Shown: positions 1-12,272 of the stretch, piece after piece
How the letters are laid out: every line of letters starts with the position of its first letter
Position numbering within the stretch: position 1 is the stretch's first letter
Origin: Utricularia gibba
Taxonomy: Eukaryota > Plantae > Magnoliophyta
Direction of reading: 5' to 3'
Length of the DNA stretch: 64,000 nt
Assembly: GCA_002189035.1 (NCBI GenBank)
Contig: NEEC01000010.1
Span: 1,550,001 to 1,614,000 of the forward strand
Notes under the pieces: generated by a model
Told to the model about the DNA's origin: nothing
Seen by the model: only the letters and a program-made list of their open reading frames with translations
The model's database searches: none
Position numbers and translations under genes: made by a program

Positions 1-36
1 TCTAATGTATGTGGTGTGACGAGCGTGCAGTCAAAC

Positions 37-422
37 CAGGTTCTTCTTGGCACTGCATGATCCATGAGACAGCATCCTCTGGGGCTACGGCATCAAGCTT
101 CTATGTTATCCAGAGCAGTCAATCCTCAGTAAGCACCACTTAGTCTCAAGTGTTCCATCACCGCAGAGCAATAAAAAGAATTTCATAGGAATCATTGGAC
201 TGCTTTATGCGGATCAGTAGACCAATGCAAAGTCCGCTCCTTTTCATGGAATTGGAAGGCTGGAATGGGATACCAAATAGCACTAGCAGTACGCTGAAAA
301 ACGTTCGATATTTCAGAAAACAGTAGCAAGATGTTCGGACATTTCTGCCTTAAAGAAGATTCTGCCACCGTAAGGATGTATTTCGCACGCTTTTCCACCT
401 TGAGCTCCCCCATTTCTGTCAT
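37..422 (-). pseudogene. RGTB: Rab geranylgeranyl transferase type-2 beta subunit, disrupted 5' exons (gene may continue beyond the window edge)
   Basis: MGELKVEKRAKYIL, then SAVMEHLRLSGAY*GLTALD and, after a frameshift near 101, KLDAVAPEDAVSWIMQCQEEP followed by a GT donor at 36-35. This matches the RGTB N-terminus (VMEHLRLNGAYWGLTTLD...SWVMQCQHESG). TGA at 128-126 replaces the Trp codon, and no clean first intron is visible. Confidence 0.75.
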
Positions 423-1009
423 CTATGCAACCATCCATCTCAAGATTCAAAATTGAAAACATTCTTCCATCGACAGATTCAAATCATAGACAACAGCCAG
501 GAAAAAACATAACCGGAAAAACCTGAATTGCATACGAGCCAATTACGCTATCAAAAACTCATCGCGTATCCAATTTCCAAGGTAACCTTTACCACGGAAG
601 ACTGCGTGGAGGTGAGGCCCTCTCGTGATCAGGTTTTGAATTTTAACGGGGGTGAAAGAACCTTTTTTTATTGTTTGTCGAAGTGGGTGGATAAAAACCC
701 CAGAAATGGCATACCCCACTTTCAAACTGGACACTGAATGCCTTGGGCCCTTGGCTTCCTGTCTGTTGTTCAGAGAGGTTATTGCTTAGCTGCAGCTATG
801 GAGTGCAAAGTAGCTCACAATTTTTCCATTCTACGCAAACAAACACAAAGTTCTTTCTTTTCCTCAACTTCGATCTGCCATTAGCTCAGAGATCAACACC
901 ATCCCAGATCCTATTGTATTTGAAGTTTGTTTTTACGCGTGATTGCGTAATTGTTGAAGTTCACAATTTTCAGTGTGGTTGTCGGAATCCCGATCACCCC
1001 TCTTCATCG

Positions 1010-3232
1010 ATGAAGCAACTGCATAAGCAGTCTACAAGCGCCCGTAAGGATGAGGAGATGCCGTTTCATGAAACCCCGCCTTCCTCGCCAAAATCCTACA
1101 AGAACCCTAGATCCATCCCGCGATCACTCAATTACATTATCAAAGAGCAACGCCTTCTGTTTGTTTTCCTCGGGATCTTGATTGGATCCACATTCTTCGT
1201 AATTCAGCCTGCGCTTTCCCGTCTTTCCTCTTCAGAAACTCGCGTTCGAATTTCCAGCACGTTCCGTGAATCAATTGATACCTATGGCAATCAAAACCGG
1301 TATGTTTATCGGGCAGGTAGGGTCCCGGCAGCGATTGGGAATCGGAGGAAACGGATTCTTGTTACTGGTGGAGCTGGGTTTGTGGGGAGCCATTTGGTTG
1401 ATAAGTTGATCTCCAGAGGGGATGAAGTTATTGTGATTGACAATTTTTTTACTGGAAGAAAGGAGAATGTGGTGCATTTGTTTGGGAATCCAAGGTTTGA
1501 GCTTATTAGGCATGATGTGGTGGATCCAATTTTGCTGGAGGTGGATCAGATTTACCATTTGGCTTGCCCTGCTTCTCCTGTGCATTATAAGTATAATCCA
1601 GTCAAGACAATCATATCCTTTTGTACTTGTTTATCTGCTTAGGTTGTCTTGTGTGCACCTTCTGCTGCAATATGGATCATTGGCATGTTGTATCTGCTGA
1701 CTCTGTTCTGTTCTCATGGATATATTTTTCTGTAGAGTGATTTGCGTCATACTGTAAATGAGCTTGGTGTCCTTGACATATGATAACAAGACAAATGTCA
1801 TGGGAACACTGAACATGTTGGGTCTTGCTAAGAGAATTGGAGCAAGGTTCCTCCTTACTAGCACAAGTGAAGTTTATGGTGACCCTCTGGAGCATCCTCA
1901 AAAGGAGACATATTGGGGACATGTGAACCCAATTGGTGAGTAATGCTATTTATTTGGTACCACTCCTGGTTCTCTGGCTAAAATCATGGTTATCAGGTGA
2001 AAGGAGCTGCTACGACGAAGGAAAGCGGGTGGCTGAGACATTAACAATGGATTATCATCGTGGTGATAATGTTGAGGTATATTATTCATGATGCAATTTG
2101 GAGATTCTAAGTATGAGAAATTTTGTTTGTCTGGCAGAGCATTCAAGTGGTTCTCAGGGAGGATTTTCTTCTACTTCTAATATCGTCATCATCTAACATA
2201 ATTTCCCATGCTTGTCATTGAAGACAAGTGATGCTCAAGTGTAGTAAACCATGTGACATGATTGTTTCCATAAGTAATGCATGCAAATATGGGTTGCTAC
2301 TTGTAACATATAGCATCCTTTTCCCATAATGCAGGTGCGGATCGCTCGTATTTTTAATACTTACGGACCTCGTATGTGTTTGGATGATGGTCGTGTTGTT
2401 AGTAACTTTGTTGCACAGGTTTGTTTGATTCTCTATCTATTTGAGCCAGTTCAAGAGCTGGTCGTATACTGAGATGGATATGATAATGCTTTCTTCTTGC
2501 AGGTTATAAGGAAACAGCCCATGACAGTCTATGGAGATGGCAAACAAACCCGAAGCTTCCAGTATGTATCTGACCTGGTACGACCTTCTGCCTTGCCCCC
2601 ATATGAACAGTCTGTTCCTGAATATGTCGATGGATTATTTCACCATTCAACATAAGAAACCACGAGTTTTGATAAATATATCACAGAAAAACAGGAGCAC
2701 TCTCTCAATTCTGCATATGAGCCTAGTGATTCTGTTGCTTGCTTCGTTTTGGCATATGAATTAGACTCCAGTTCACGGATTCACCTGCTAGAAAAACCCA
2801 TAGCAGCTCATGCATTCATATCCTGTTTGTGACGCAAGGTTGATGGATTAGTGGCTTTGATGGAAAGTGAGCACATAGGACCATTCAACTTGGGAAATCC
2901 AGGAGAATTCACAATGCTGGAGCTTGCTGAGGTGGGAACATTTCTTTTTCTTCAGAATCGTTTGCAGTTGAAAAAGTTGATTCTTATTGTCTCCACAGGT
3001 AGTCAAAGAAACCATAGACCCCATGGCGACCATTGAGTTCAAACCAAACACAGCTGATGATCCCCATCAAAGGAAACCAGACATCACTAAAGCCAAAGAG
3101 CTCCTCCACTGGGAGCCCAAGATCTCGTTGCAGGAGGGTCTCCCGCGAATGGTCGACGACTTCAGGAATCGCATCATCAACGAAGACGAAGGAAAAAACG
3201 GTGGATGGCCATCGCCCAAACGATACATATGA
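1010..3232 (+). CDS. UXS1: UDP-glucuronic acid decarboxylase / UDP-xylose synthase, membrane-anchored clade, 7 exons
   Basis: MKQLHKQ start and TM segment, GGAGFVG NAD motif, YKYNPVKTI|[55 protein letters not shown]. All exon junctions were read in frame. Confidence 0.96.
1613..1787 (+). other. U12-type AT-AC intron (UXS1 intron 1)
   Basis: 5' ATATCCTT at 1613, branch TCCTTGAC at 1770-1777, terminal AC at 1786-1787. Splicing restores PVKTI-KTNV. Confidence 0.92.
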
Positions 3233-5678
3233 GGATGCATTTGATCCATCATCTTGGTATGTGTATAAAAAAGCCACTGCTTTCATGAGCAACATGTTAA
3301 CAAACTGCTGAGTTATATATTACTCTTTATTGATTTCAAACTCCTGCTGTCTTTAACTATGTTTTAAAACATGTATTACAAACCGAACCGGTTCGGTTCA
3401 AATTTCATCAAAATCGAATTTTGATTGATCAAAAAAAGGATGATAACCGTAACCAAAAGTGGAACGTAATAATGATTACTATTTAGATATAATATTTTAT
3501 AAAATGGAAAAACGTGTTAAAAATTGGTTAACCGGTTTAAGTCGTCAACGGGTTTGACAACACGTGTCTATATTGGGCTTCCAATTTTCACCCAAAAGCC
3601 CTAGTAGTTTGTTTTCCCCAATTAATTTTTTTAGGTCGAAAAAAAAAAAAAAACACTTGATGCTGATGTGGGTGGAATCTGTAGAGGATAAGATAAAAAT
3701 CCCAGATACCATTTTTAATTTGGAATTTATTTTAAATTATAAGCTCAATTTGTGATTACACCCTATTTAATCTAATGATTCATGATTGAATCGAAGAATG
3801 CATTTAATTTAGTATAATTAAAAATTTTTGAATTCAATTTAATCGATTATTAAAAGTATGTGTTACTAAATTGAAAAATCTGTGTTTTTAAAATAATGTT
3901 TGGACCACTCCGTCTCTTAATATCTTATGAGATCCTCCCCCACAAATCAAATCTAGAACATGTGCTGACTGATAATTATCAATATTTTATTTTCTAGTAT
4001 TAAATAATTAATTATGTGCCCACGTAATATCATAAGAAATTCAATCCAGAATATTTAATTGCAATTTTTCGATTAAACATGATCACCTACGCTATGAACT
4101 GCCGTAAATATTTCGTATTTATTTTCAGTTAAATAATGATAATATTTAAATTTAATTCCCAACGTGGACATCGTATACTGTAAAATAATGACCACGCTTA
4201 AAATTGCAATGCCTTCGATGTCGAGGGCAAGGGGGTAAATATTTAAAAATGGGCCCATGCTGGCCCACCTATCGGGCCCATCCCACTTTACAGCCCATCA
4301 CTATGACGTCTAAACAAAGCAGCCACAAATAAATGCATCTGTGGACTGTGTTATTACAATATATAACACATGTTAGAAAAAAAATAAATTCAATTTTTTT
4401 TCTACAAATTTTAATAAAAACTTACATTTTCTATGCTATGAATTTAGACAACATGTTTAATATATTAATTGAATATTTTTGGAATTTTAATTTCAAAAAA
4501 CCGATGCAATGCTTTTTCTTAATCCGCATTCTGCAAATTTCCTCTTTCTTGAGGAAGTGACAGCAAATTGCGTATGGATCCATCCTATTGTTCATTAAAA
4601 CATTAAAAAATGGATGATATTACACGTACGGAGCATATTTAATTTAATAAAATAATTAAATATAATATTTCAAGTTGAATGAAACAGAATCTTGATGCAT
4701 TCACATTATGCCATTATTATTCATCATTTGTGTCATAAATAGAAAAAAAATGCAATCATTAAATAGAAAATTCATACATCTTATTTATTCCAAAAAAGGA
4801 TGATTTATTAGTATAAAGGGAGGATTAATGGATTCGAATACAATAAATCAATATTTTAGAAATATTAAATTAGTATGAATGAGTAACTAATTTATTGAAA
4901 ATTGTGTATAATAAATTGTATAGTTACAGTTAGATATAACTAATTATTTTATTTAAACAACATTTTATTAATAAAAAAATTAGTATAAGGGGACCTCTAG
5001 TGACAAGTCTCCCTTGTCTGACATCGCTCCACTATTCGAACGGTTTTGATTGAAACAATTTATGTGTTTAAAAATACCTTTATATAAGTAATTTTATTAT
5101 CAAATATAAATTATTTTCAAGAAAACTGCATATACTCGACTTTTGTTTTATCAGAAGCATTTTTCGAAAAGGAATCAAACATAATGTTTATGAGACATGA
5201 GAAGAATAAAAGGATAATTTTTATTAAGTCATTTTGAAAAGTAAACATCTTGATTTTATATCTTTTTTTATACATACGATGATTATTTTCCTCATATATT
5301 CAAGGGATGTTGCATATTTTTCTAATACATCCGTTTTTCTTCAAGAGTAAAATACGGCAATTAACATATTTTCCGAGTTTTTTTTTTGTTGATTATTTTA
5401 AAAGTCAAAAGTTCCAATTTGGTTGGTCGTCATCCTCCAGCCATCCCCCGTGACGTGTACAAATGAGGAAGGGGGCGGGCCCACGGGGGAGAATTAAATT
5501 ATGGAGTGAAGACCTCGCGGTCGCCCAAGAAGTTGGAGGAATGGAAAGGTTGTGGGGGATAGTATTCGACGACATGCCTTTGCCTTGTTTAATGTTTATA
5601 TAAATAGAACACAACAACGGGGGTTTACTTCTACTTTTAGCAACAACTGCTTCCAAAATGGGGGTGGGGAGGAGGGGG

Positions 5679-6292
5679 TCACGGCCGTGTTGTCGAGGTG
5701 GCGCTTCGTTTACCGTCATCGCCCGCTCGTGTCTTCTTGGAGTAGTTCTGGAAGAATTCCTTGTTCTCTTTCTCCAGCTCTTGCCACACTGCCCGCGTTC
5801 AATGAACCACGCCCAAAACGACAAAACAACACAAACCTCACATCAGGCCGCCACGCCACGGGATTATCAATAGCAAGACTGACTGATACAAACAAACCCA
5901 CCTGTCTATTTCTATTCTAACACACACACACACAAACAGACACACATGGCATGTGATTGGGAGGAAGAAAAGGTCTCCCATTTGGGTTAGTGTGGAAGGG
6001 ATTTGGTCTTACCGGTGGCGGTGACGACGGGCTTGATGTTTGCATGCTTGGAGAGGACCTCCATGCACTCCTCTTTGCTCATCTTGAATACCATGCACTC
6101 CTCGATCAGATGGTGCACCTGCATTCTCAGACAACAACCCCCCATCATCGGAACTGCTCTGCTGCAACAACACACACACACACACACACACAGACTGTGT
6201 AAAAGCATCAGAGTGGGGGAGAAAGGTACCTTGTGGATGTACGCGGCGGAGGAGGAGGAGGAGGACGGGGAGGAAGGAGCGGCGGATCCCAT
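5679..6292 (-). CDS. Plant-specific A_thal_3526 (TIGR01589)-domain small protein, 3 exons
   Basis: Exons 6292-6230, 6118-6013 and 5788-5679 give MGSAAP...AYIHK-VHHLIEECMVFKMSKEECMEVLSKHANIKPVVTATVWQELEKENKEFFQNY, with canonical GT-AG boundaries. Confidence 0.88.
6170..6192. repeat. (CA)n microsatellite in intron 1; a second (CA)n lies at about 5920-5934 in intron 2
   Basis: Direct reading of the dinucleotide runs. Confidence 0.95.
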
Positions 6293-6884
6293 TGGTAAGG
6301 TAAGGAAGAAGGTAAGGAAGAGAAGAGAGGAGGATAGGAGGGGGCGAGATGGAGGATCTTTAAAGGTGGGGGAGGGGGCCGGGGGGCGGATTCCTGTAAT
6401 CGACCGACAAAAATGAGCCAGTGGGCTGCGACATGCATGTGTTGTGGCTGACGAGTGATTGGCAAAAGAAGGAACCACGTCTTATTTTCTCCTCCTCGTA
6501 AAACTAAAACCTTGATGCCACGTATATACCATCCAAATGGATTTATATTAATAATAAATCCATGTACCTTTTTGTTCCAACTGTAAAGTAAATACTCCGG
6601 CCGCCGGTCGACCGGATTTAGAATCCCATATACACAGAGACTTCAAACATTAAGATTTTGCAGTGCAGAGGCAGCACGTGGGAAGATATTTTGACTCCAG
6701 TCCAATGGCAAAATATCTTTGCAAGAGACATAAATATCCCACGGAAAGTATCCAAGAAAGGTTATCCATGTCGTCCGAATCCCAAGCACTGTGTTTCACG
6801 CGATCAAGCAAAAATACTACAACAGACGGCGCTACAGCAGCGGCACAGGGAAGAAGAGCAGTCCATCTCCCACTGGTGTATTAC

Positions 6885-9599
6885 TTACAGCTTATCTTCG
6901 TACTCGGAGAGTGGTGTCATCTGCTCCTTCAGCCCCTTCCTTTTACGGATTTCTGCGACCAGAGTGGCGGCCTGGGAGCCGCTTTCCAGGGGGTCGGACG
7001 ACATTATGTCCCAGTGGTCAAAGACGCACTGGGGAAGGCTTGCCCGGAAGTTGCGGCTCGGAGTGTGCTAGAGAAACCGAATGACTCGACCACCGGCAAG
7101 TAAGCCTTGATGTTGTAGAGGGGAGTACCAGGCCTCTGCATCTCCTCGAAAACATGTCCACGTTTCTGATTCAAGACACTGTAAATTCCACCGAGAGCTT
7201 GCTCCGGGGCTTGGATTTCCACAAGATAAACGGGTTCCAGTAGACGGGGCTTGGCAGTAAGCTGAGAAGCATAAACAACCCTTCTTGCGGTGGGGATGAC
7301 TTGGCCACCGCCCCTGTGAATGGCATCGGCATGGAGAACGACATCACAGACTTCAAAGCAGATGCCCCTCATGTTTTCTTCGGCTAGGGGCCCTTCCTTG
7401 GATGCCCACTGGAAACCAGCAACCACAGAATCCTTGATTTCATTAAGGTATTGGACTCCCTTGCACATGTCCACGACCATGTTTGGACCGGTGGTTTCTG
7501 GGCCAAAGCACCATATCTTCTTGGCCAGCTCCTTGTCCCAGCCAAACTCCTCAGCCAAGATCTTTGAACGGATCTTGGGATCATCCCTTGGGCCAATACG
7601 GCCATCATCGATGGCTTCAGCAAGGCCATCTTCCAATGGCCTAGCTTCCATGTACAAGCGATTGTGCTTGTTGGGAGATTTGCTCATTACAGTACGTGTT
7701 GATCTTTCCAGAACTGTCTCACGGAAGGAAACTACTGGATCGGATTTTACAATTTCAGCACCACCCATGAAGTCGTCCTGCAAGTCTTTCAGGCAGATCT
7801 CGAGGTGAAGTTCTCCCGCTCCAGCTATGATGTGTTCCCCAGACTCCTCAATACTACAGACAACCATGGGATCTGATTTGGCCAAACGCTTCAGTCCTTC
7901 TACAAGCTTTGGCAAGTCAGATGCAACCTTGCATTGTACAGCCACACGGACGACTGGCGAGACAGAAAACTTCATTGCTCGAATGGGATGAGCATCCACT
8001 TCCTTTTCATTGGTGAGGGTTGCATTCTTAGTGATGAACTGATCCAATCCAACCATAGCTACTGTGTTCCCACAAGGCACATCCTCAACTGTCTCTTGTC
8101 TCTTACCCATCCAAATAACGGTTCTCTGTACACTCTTGACATACAAGTCTTTCTTTTCTCCGGGGACGTAATTGGGGCCCATGATTCTCACCTTCATACC
8201 TGTAGAGACTTTCCCAGAGAACACACGACCAAAAGCATAGAACCTTCCCTTGTCAGAGGCTGGTATCATCTTAGACACATAGAGCATGAGAGGCCCGTCA
8301 GGATCACAATTCCTGATAGCATTGGCATAAGCATCATCAAGAGGCCCCTCGTACAAGTTCTCTACTCTATACTTCTGGGCCTTTCCAGGGGAAGGGAGAT
8401 GAAATATCATCATCTCCAGGAGTGCACTACTAGCTGGAAGCCAAGTTTGCATCACACGCTTCATCAAAGCCTTTCCCATTAAATCCTTCTCTTCTGACTT
8501 CATTGTGACACCAAGTTTTTGTAACATTGGCCACAGTTTGTCTTTCTTGTCATTCATGCAAGTAGAGATAATCTGCTTGATAGGCTCATAGCAAAACTGC
8601 ACAAAACCACGCTTGCAAGTGGGAGAACCAGTGTTTTTGGAAGTCCATTTCCTAGTAGAAGGATCAAAGAAATTCTCTCCCCAAAGTCTCTCCATCATCT
8701 TGGCCTCATCTACTCCAAATTTGGAAGCATACATCTTGGCAAAGTTTGTCAAGGTAAATGCCCATCCGTGCAAACCAGCAGAAAACGCAACAGTGCCCTT
8801 TTCAGGATAAACTTGAACATCGCCAAGCAATGGATCTTCATATGTCGCCATGATGACATTGGCGTTCTCAATAACCCTCTGGAAAGTTTGGTAGGCCTCT
8901 TCTCCCTCAACCTGCAGTTCAAGGAAACATCTATCCATCTTATTGACAGTCAAAACAGGCCGAATTCTCTCTCCAAGAGCTTGTCGCAGGACAGTTTCTG
9001 TCTGAACACATACACCTTCTACACAGTCCACCACAACCAGAGCTCCATCAGTAATCCGGAGGGCAGCAGTCACCTCAGAAGAGAAATCAACATGTCCAGG
9101 AGAATCTATGAGATTAATGAGATACTCGTTTCCTTGACGTTCTCCCTTGTAGTTCTTCAAGGATTCATCAGACATTTCATAGTAGAGAGAGATACCAGTA
9201 GATTTAATAGTGATACCACGTTCTGCTTCATCAGCACGTGTATCAGTCATTCTAACATCCCCAGCAACTTCTTGGGCAATAATACCAGCGGCAGCAACGA
9301 GGGAGTCCGTGAGAGTTGACTTCCCTGTATATCACGAAAGAAATTACTTCAGAATATGCCAAAGCCTCTCCAGACTCTGAACTCCTGCAAGTAGTCTCAG
9401 AAAATAAAGAAATGTCGCAGCTACGTACCATGGTCAACATGGGCGATGACGGACATGTTACGTATGTTATCCTTGAGGTCCATAATTTTACGGAGCTCAT
9501 CTGCAGTAAACTTCACCTGCAGAGAATAAGTTTTACTAGTTAAAATCCAGAAAAATACTAGCAATTTGCACACAAACATAAAAAATCTGCACTTACCAT
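6885..9599 (-). CDS. eEF2: Eukaryotic translation elongation factor 2, with an apparent 1-bp deletion at 7031-7034
   Basis: ATG-only exon 9599-9597, exon 9516-9429 (VKFTADELR...AHVDH), then GKSTLTDSL...[12 protein letters not shown] and the diphthamide site [10 protein letters not shown]. The C-terminus QCVFDHW...EYEDKL* (TAA 6887-6885) is in a shifted frame. Confidence 0.97.
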
Positions 9600-10365
9600 C
9601 TTCAAAAGTTTTCAAGTTCGGTGGCTACCAACAAAATATGCAGACCCTTCAAACCAGTGACCTGTCATTTGAATAGCAGATACTCAAATGTAATGACTGA
9701 ATTTAACATCTGTCCTAATCAAGTAAAACAGAAGATATCTCAAAGGCATAAAACACCACAGATCCACAGAGAAATCAGCATGAAAGTTAGCTGCACAAAT
9801 CAAGCTACGGAACAACACAAAATATCAAGCTCGTTAATTCCGTCTCCTCACAATAAATCTTGGATCAGTAGAAACATCAATATCACAACAATCCACAAAT
9901 CTACAACAATTCAAGAAGGAGAATTCGAGGTGGCAGAATTCATAGCCGAGTTCCAACTTTTTTCTATGCATCCCTACGAACCTACTCATGTTAGAAGGAA
10001 ATCAATATCCATCTTTCAACTTAAGAGATACAAACATGCTACGTTTATCAATCAAGTCCACCTCACAGTAATAGATCCACCAAAAACTTTCAAATTAAAA
10101 CCGGAAAGCAACTCATCAGCAAGATAATCAAGAAAAGATCAATAATAAAAAATCTCATATCCACACATCAAGGTATTTCAAAGCAGAGATCATATCACCC
10201 ACCCAAAAACACGAAGATGAAGAGAATCAGAATTTCAACTCACCACGAAGCCTTACAGACAAAAAGGCAGTCTAAACAAGGGACTTGAAGCCGCAATGAA
10301 GACTGATGCTGAAACTTGGGGGCATAAACAACAGGCAGCAAGCGCACGCCAAATCTGAAATCCAC

Positions 10366-10373
10366 AAACCCTA
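10366..10373. promoter_or_regulatory. Telo-box (AAACCCTA) near the eEF2 transcription start
   Basis: Exact motif just upstream of the probable leader-exon donor at about 10242. Telo-boxes are typical of plant translation-machinery genes. Confidence 0.6.
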
Positions 10374-11171
10374 CCCGAAACTAAGGGTATAAAAGTAATT
10401 CTATAGCTGGACCTTCATCATCTCTTTTTTCTATTGGAAAATGGAATGTAAATTTCAACATATTTATTAATTCAATTTCTAATTAATATTCACAATTCCG
10501 AAAAAATTTCAAATTTGATTCAAAAAACGAAGAAATCGCCAAATTTTAAAGAAATTTTGGGAAAATTTTATGTAGGAAAAAAAATTAAAATCCGAAGTGT
10601 AACCTCATAAAGTTGGTACTACAAAATAGTATCGATCACTCTTGTTATTCTCTCATACATTTAATTAAAATTTTTTATTTGAGAATGATCACTTTTTTAA
10701 CATGATCAAGAAAGGATTATCAAATTTTTAGTAGATTCAACGTAAGGCTTTTTCAGAATTTTCCTGTACTGTGTTTTTCTTTTTTTCGAATCCGCAAATT
10801 CGGATCCGACCCAATCCCAAATATTTCAATAGTAGTCACCACCAAGAATTCCCAAAAGACTAACATAAGATCATAATCGAGACCAAATCTTAATCGTGCG
10901 AGTAGTTGGCTCATTTCTCCATAAATGTGGTTCAGTACAAGACAGTAGTATGCACATCAAATACAACGCCATGCTGCTAGATCCACGAATGAATTTGAGT
11001 GTTTGCCCTGTTTGATACTGTATGCACATTTGAGGTCAGGGATCCATTTTATTCTACATGAAGGTGTGGTATTATGTACTTCTACCTCAGTAGATCATCG
11101 AGTGGCGAGGCAAGACGAACTGGGGTGTGCACGCCTTCGAAATACAAGGAAGCACATACCTGGAGATCTTG

Positions 11172-12029
11172 CTATGTACAGGTTGCAAAACCATCTTGAT
11201 AGAGCATCATGTTTTCACCATCATCAAGTGTTGTTCTTACGGCCTGGTACAGTTTGATCCATGAAGGAGAGCAGTGATGAACACGGTTCGATAGGAAGGT
11301 CGGATTCAAGCCACCGGGGCCAGCGGCAACCAAATCAAAGAAAGAAGCTTCAGCAGGCTTCAATGGCAGCACGAAGGCAAAATTATCAATCCTGTGTTCG
11401 TATATCTTCCCATTTCTGTCCAATTTGTATCTGGAGGTTCCCTGAAACTGTCCTCTGGATTCCCAAGGCACACGAGGGACACCCGTCAAATTCCATCTTA
11501 TCAGAATCACAGTCTCAAGCGGCTGCCATATTCTCACCACATCTAGAGAAATCTCCTTAAACAGTATTCTGCTTTGAAATCTCAATGCCCAGAATATCAA
11601 CCTGTAGTTCTCTATACCAGTGAATGTGCTCAATGGATCCCTATACGTGATGTCGTCGCTGAAAAGTCATCCGAATGAGAAAACTCAGCATCCATTCTCT
11701 CCAGTTTCCAATCACTAACACAAACAAGAAACGTACGCGTACCGGTAAATGTCGAAATTGAGATCTCTGGTGAAGGCCAAAGGGAGGTCTTCGCGGAGGG
11801 TGGTGATCGCCAACCCTAAATTCACGTAAAATTCATCTTTCCCCTGGCTCTTCTTCTCGTCCTCCGCCAAATTCACAGAGGCGGTTACGGTGACCGGAAA
11901 AACCACCGGATGACGAAGGGAAGCGGAGGAAGAGGAAGAAAAAGGAAGGGCAACGGCAGCGGAGGGCTTGTTGTCTCTGGAAGGCTGGATAAGCGATGGA
12001 GGAGAAAGTCTTGGAAGAATGTTAGCCAT
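11172..12029 (-). CDS. DUF2358 (NTF2/SnoaL-like) protein, probably plastid-targeted, 2 exons
   Basis: Ser-rich transit-like N-terminus, FYVNLGLAITTLREDLP...DFDIYR-type exon 1 end, DDITYRDPL, IFWALRF, IRWNLTGVPRVPW, GTSRYKLDRNGKIYEHRIDN. Intron 11742-11659. Confidence 0.88.
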
Positions 12030-12272
12030 TTATCGGTTTCCTCAGGGCGCACCCAGCACAACTCTGAACCAGAGATTCTTCAAAAGGGTATTTACACTAC
12101 TTTTGCAAATTTTGAGGGTCATAAAAGAAATATCATGTAACTTTTGGACCACAAATGTCAATAGATACAAAAGTTTTGTAAGAATTGTTTAATCGTTCTA
12201 ACACTATGCTACAAGACTGGGGAGAAGAGGAGAGCTGAATCATGGAGCAGTGTCACCACAGTTTGTGGCTGT

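Noticed and set aside
743-1009. 89-aa N-terminal extension of the UXS ORF from a TTG start
   Set aside because: Homologs start at MKQLHKQ (1010). The extension is leader sequence that happens to be open.
3906-4636. Stowaway-like ends (CTCCGTC...ACGGAG)
   Set aside because: The TIRs are too degenerate and there is no TA TSD.
4686-4697. AGAATCTTGATG, the first 12 nt of miR172
   Set aside because: The remaining nucleotides differ and there is no complementary arm nearby.
7320-9319. Several long plus-strand ORFs overlapping eEF2
   Set aside because: These are antisense shadows of a long, codon-biased exon.
9621-10127. 168-aa plus-strand ORF
   Set aside because: It is antisense to the T-rich eEF2 leader intron, has an Ile/Lys/Gln/Asn-biased composition and no recognisable motif.
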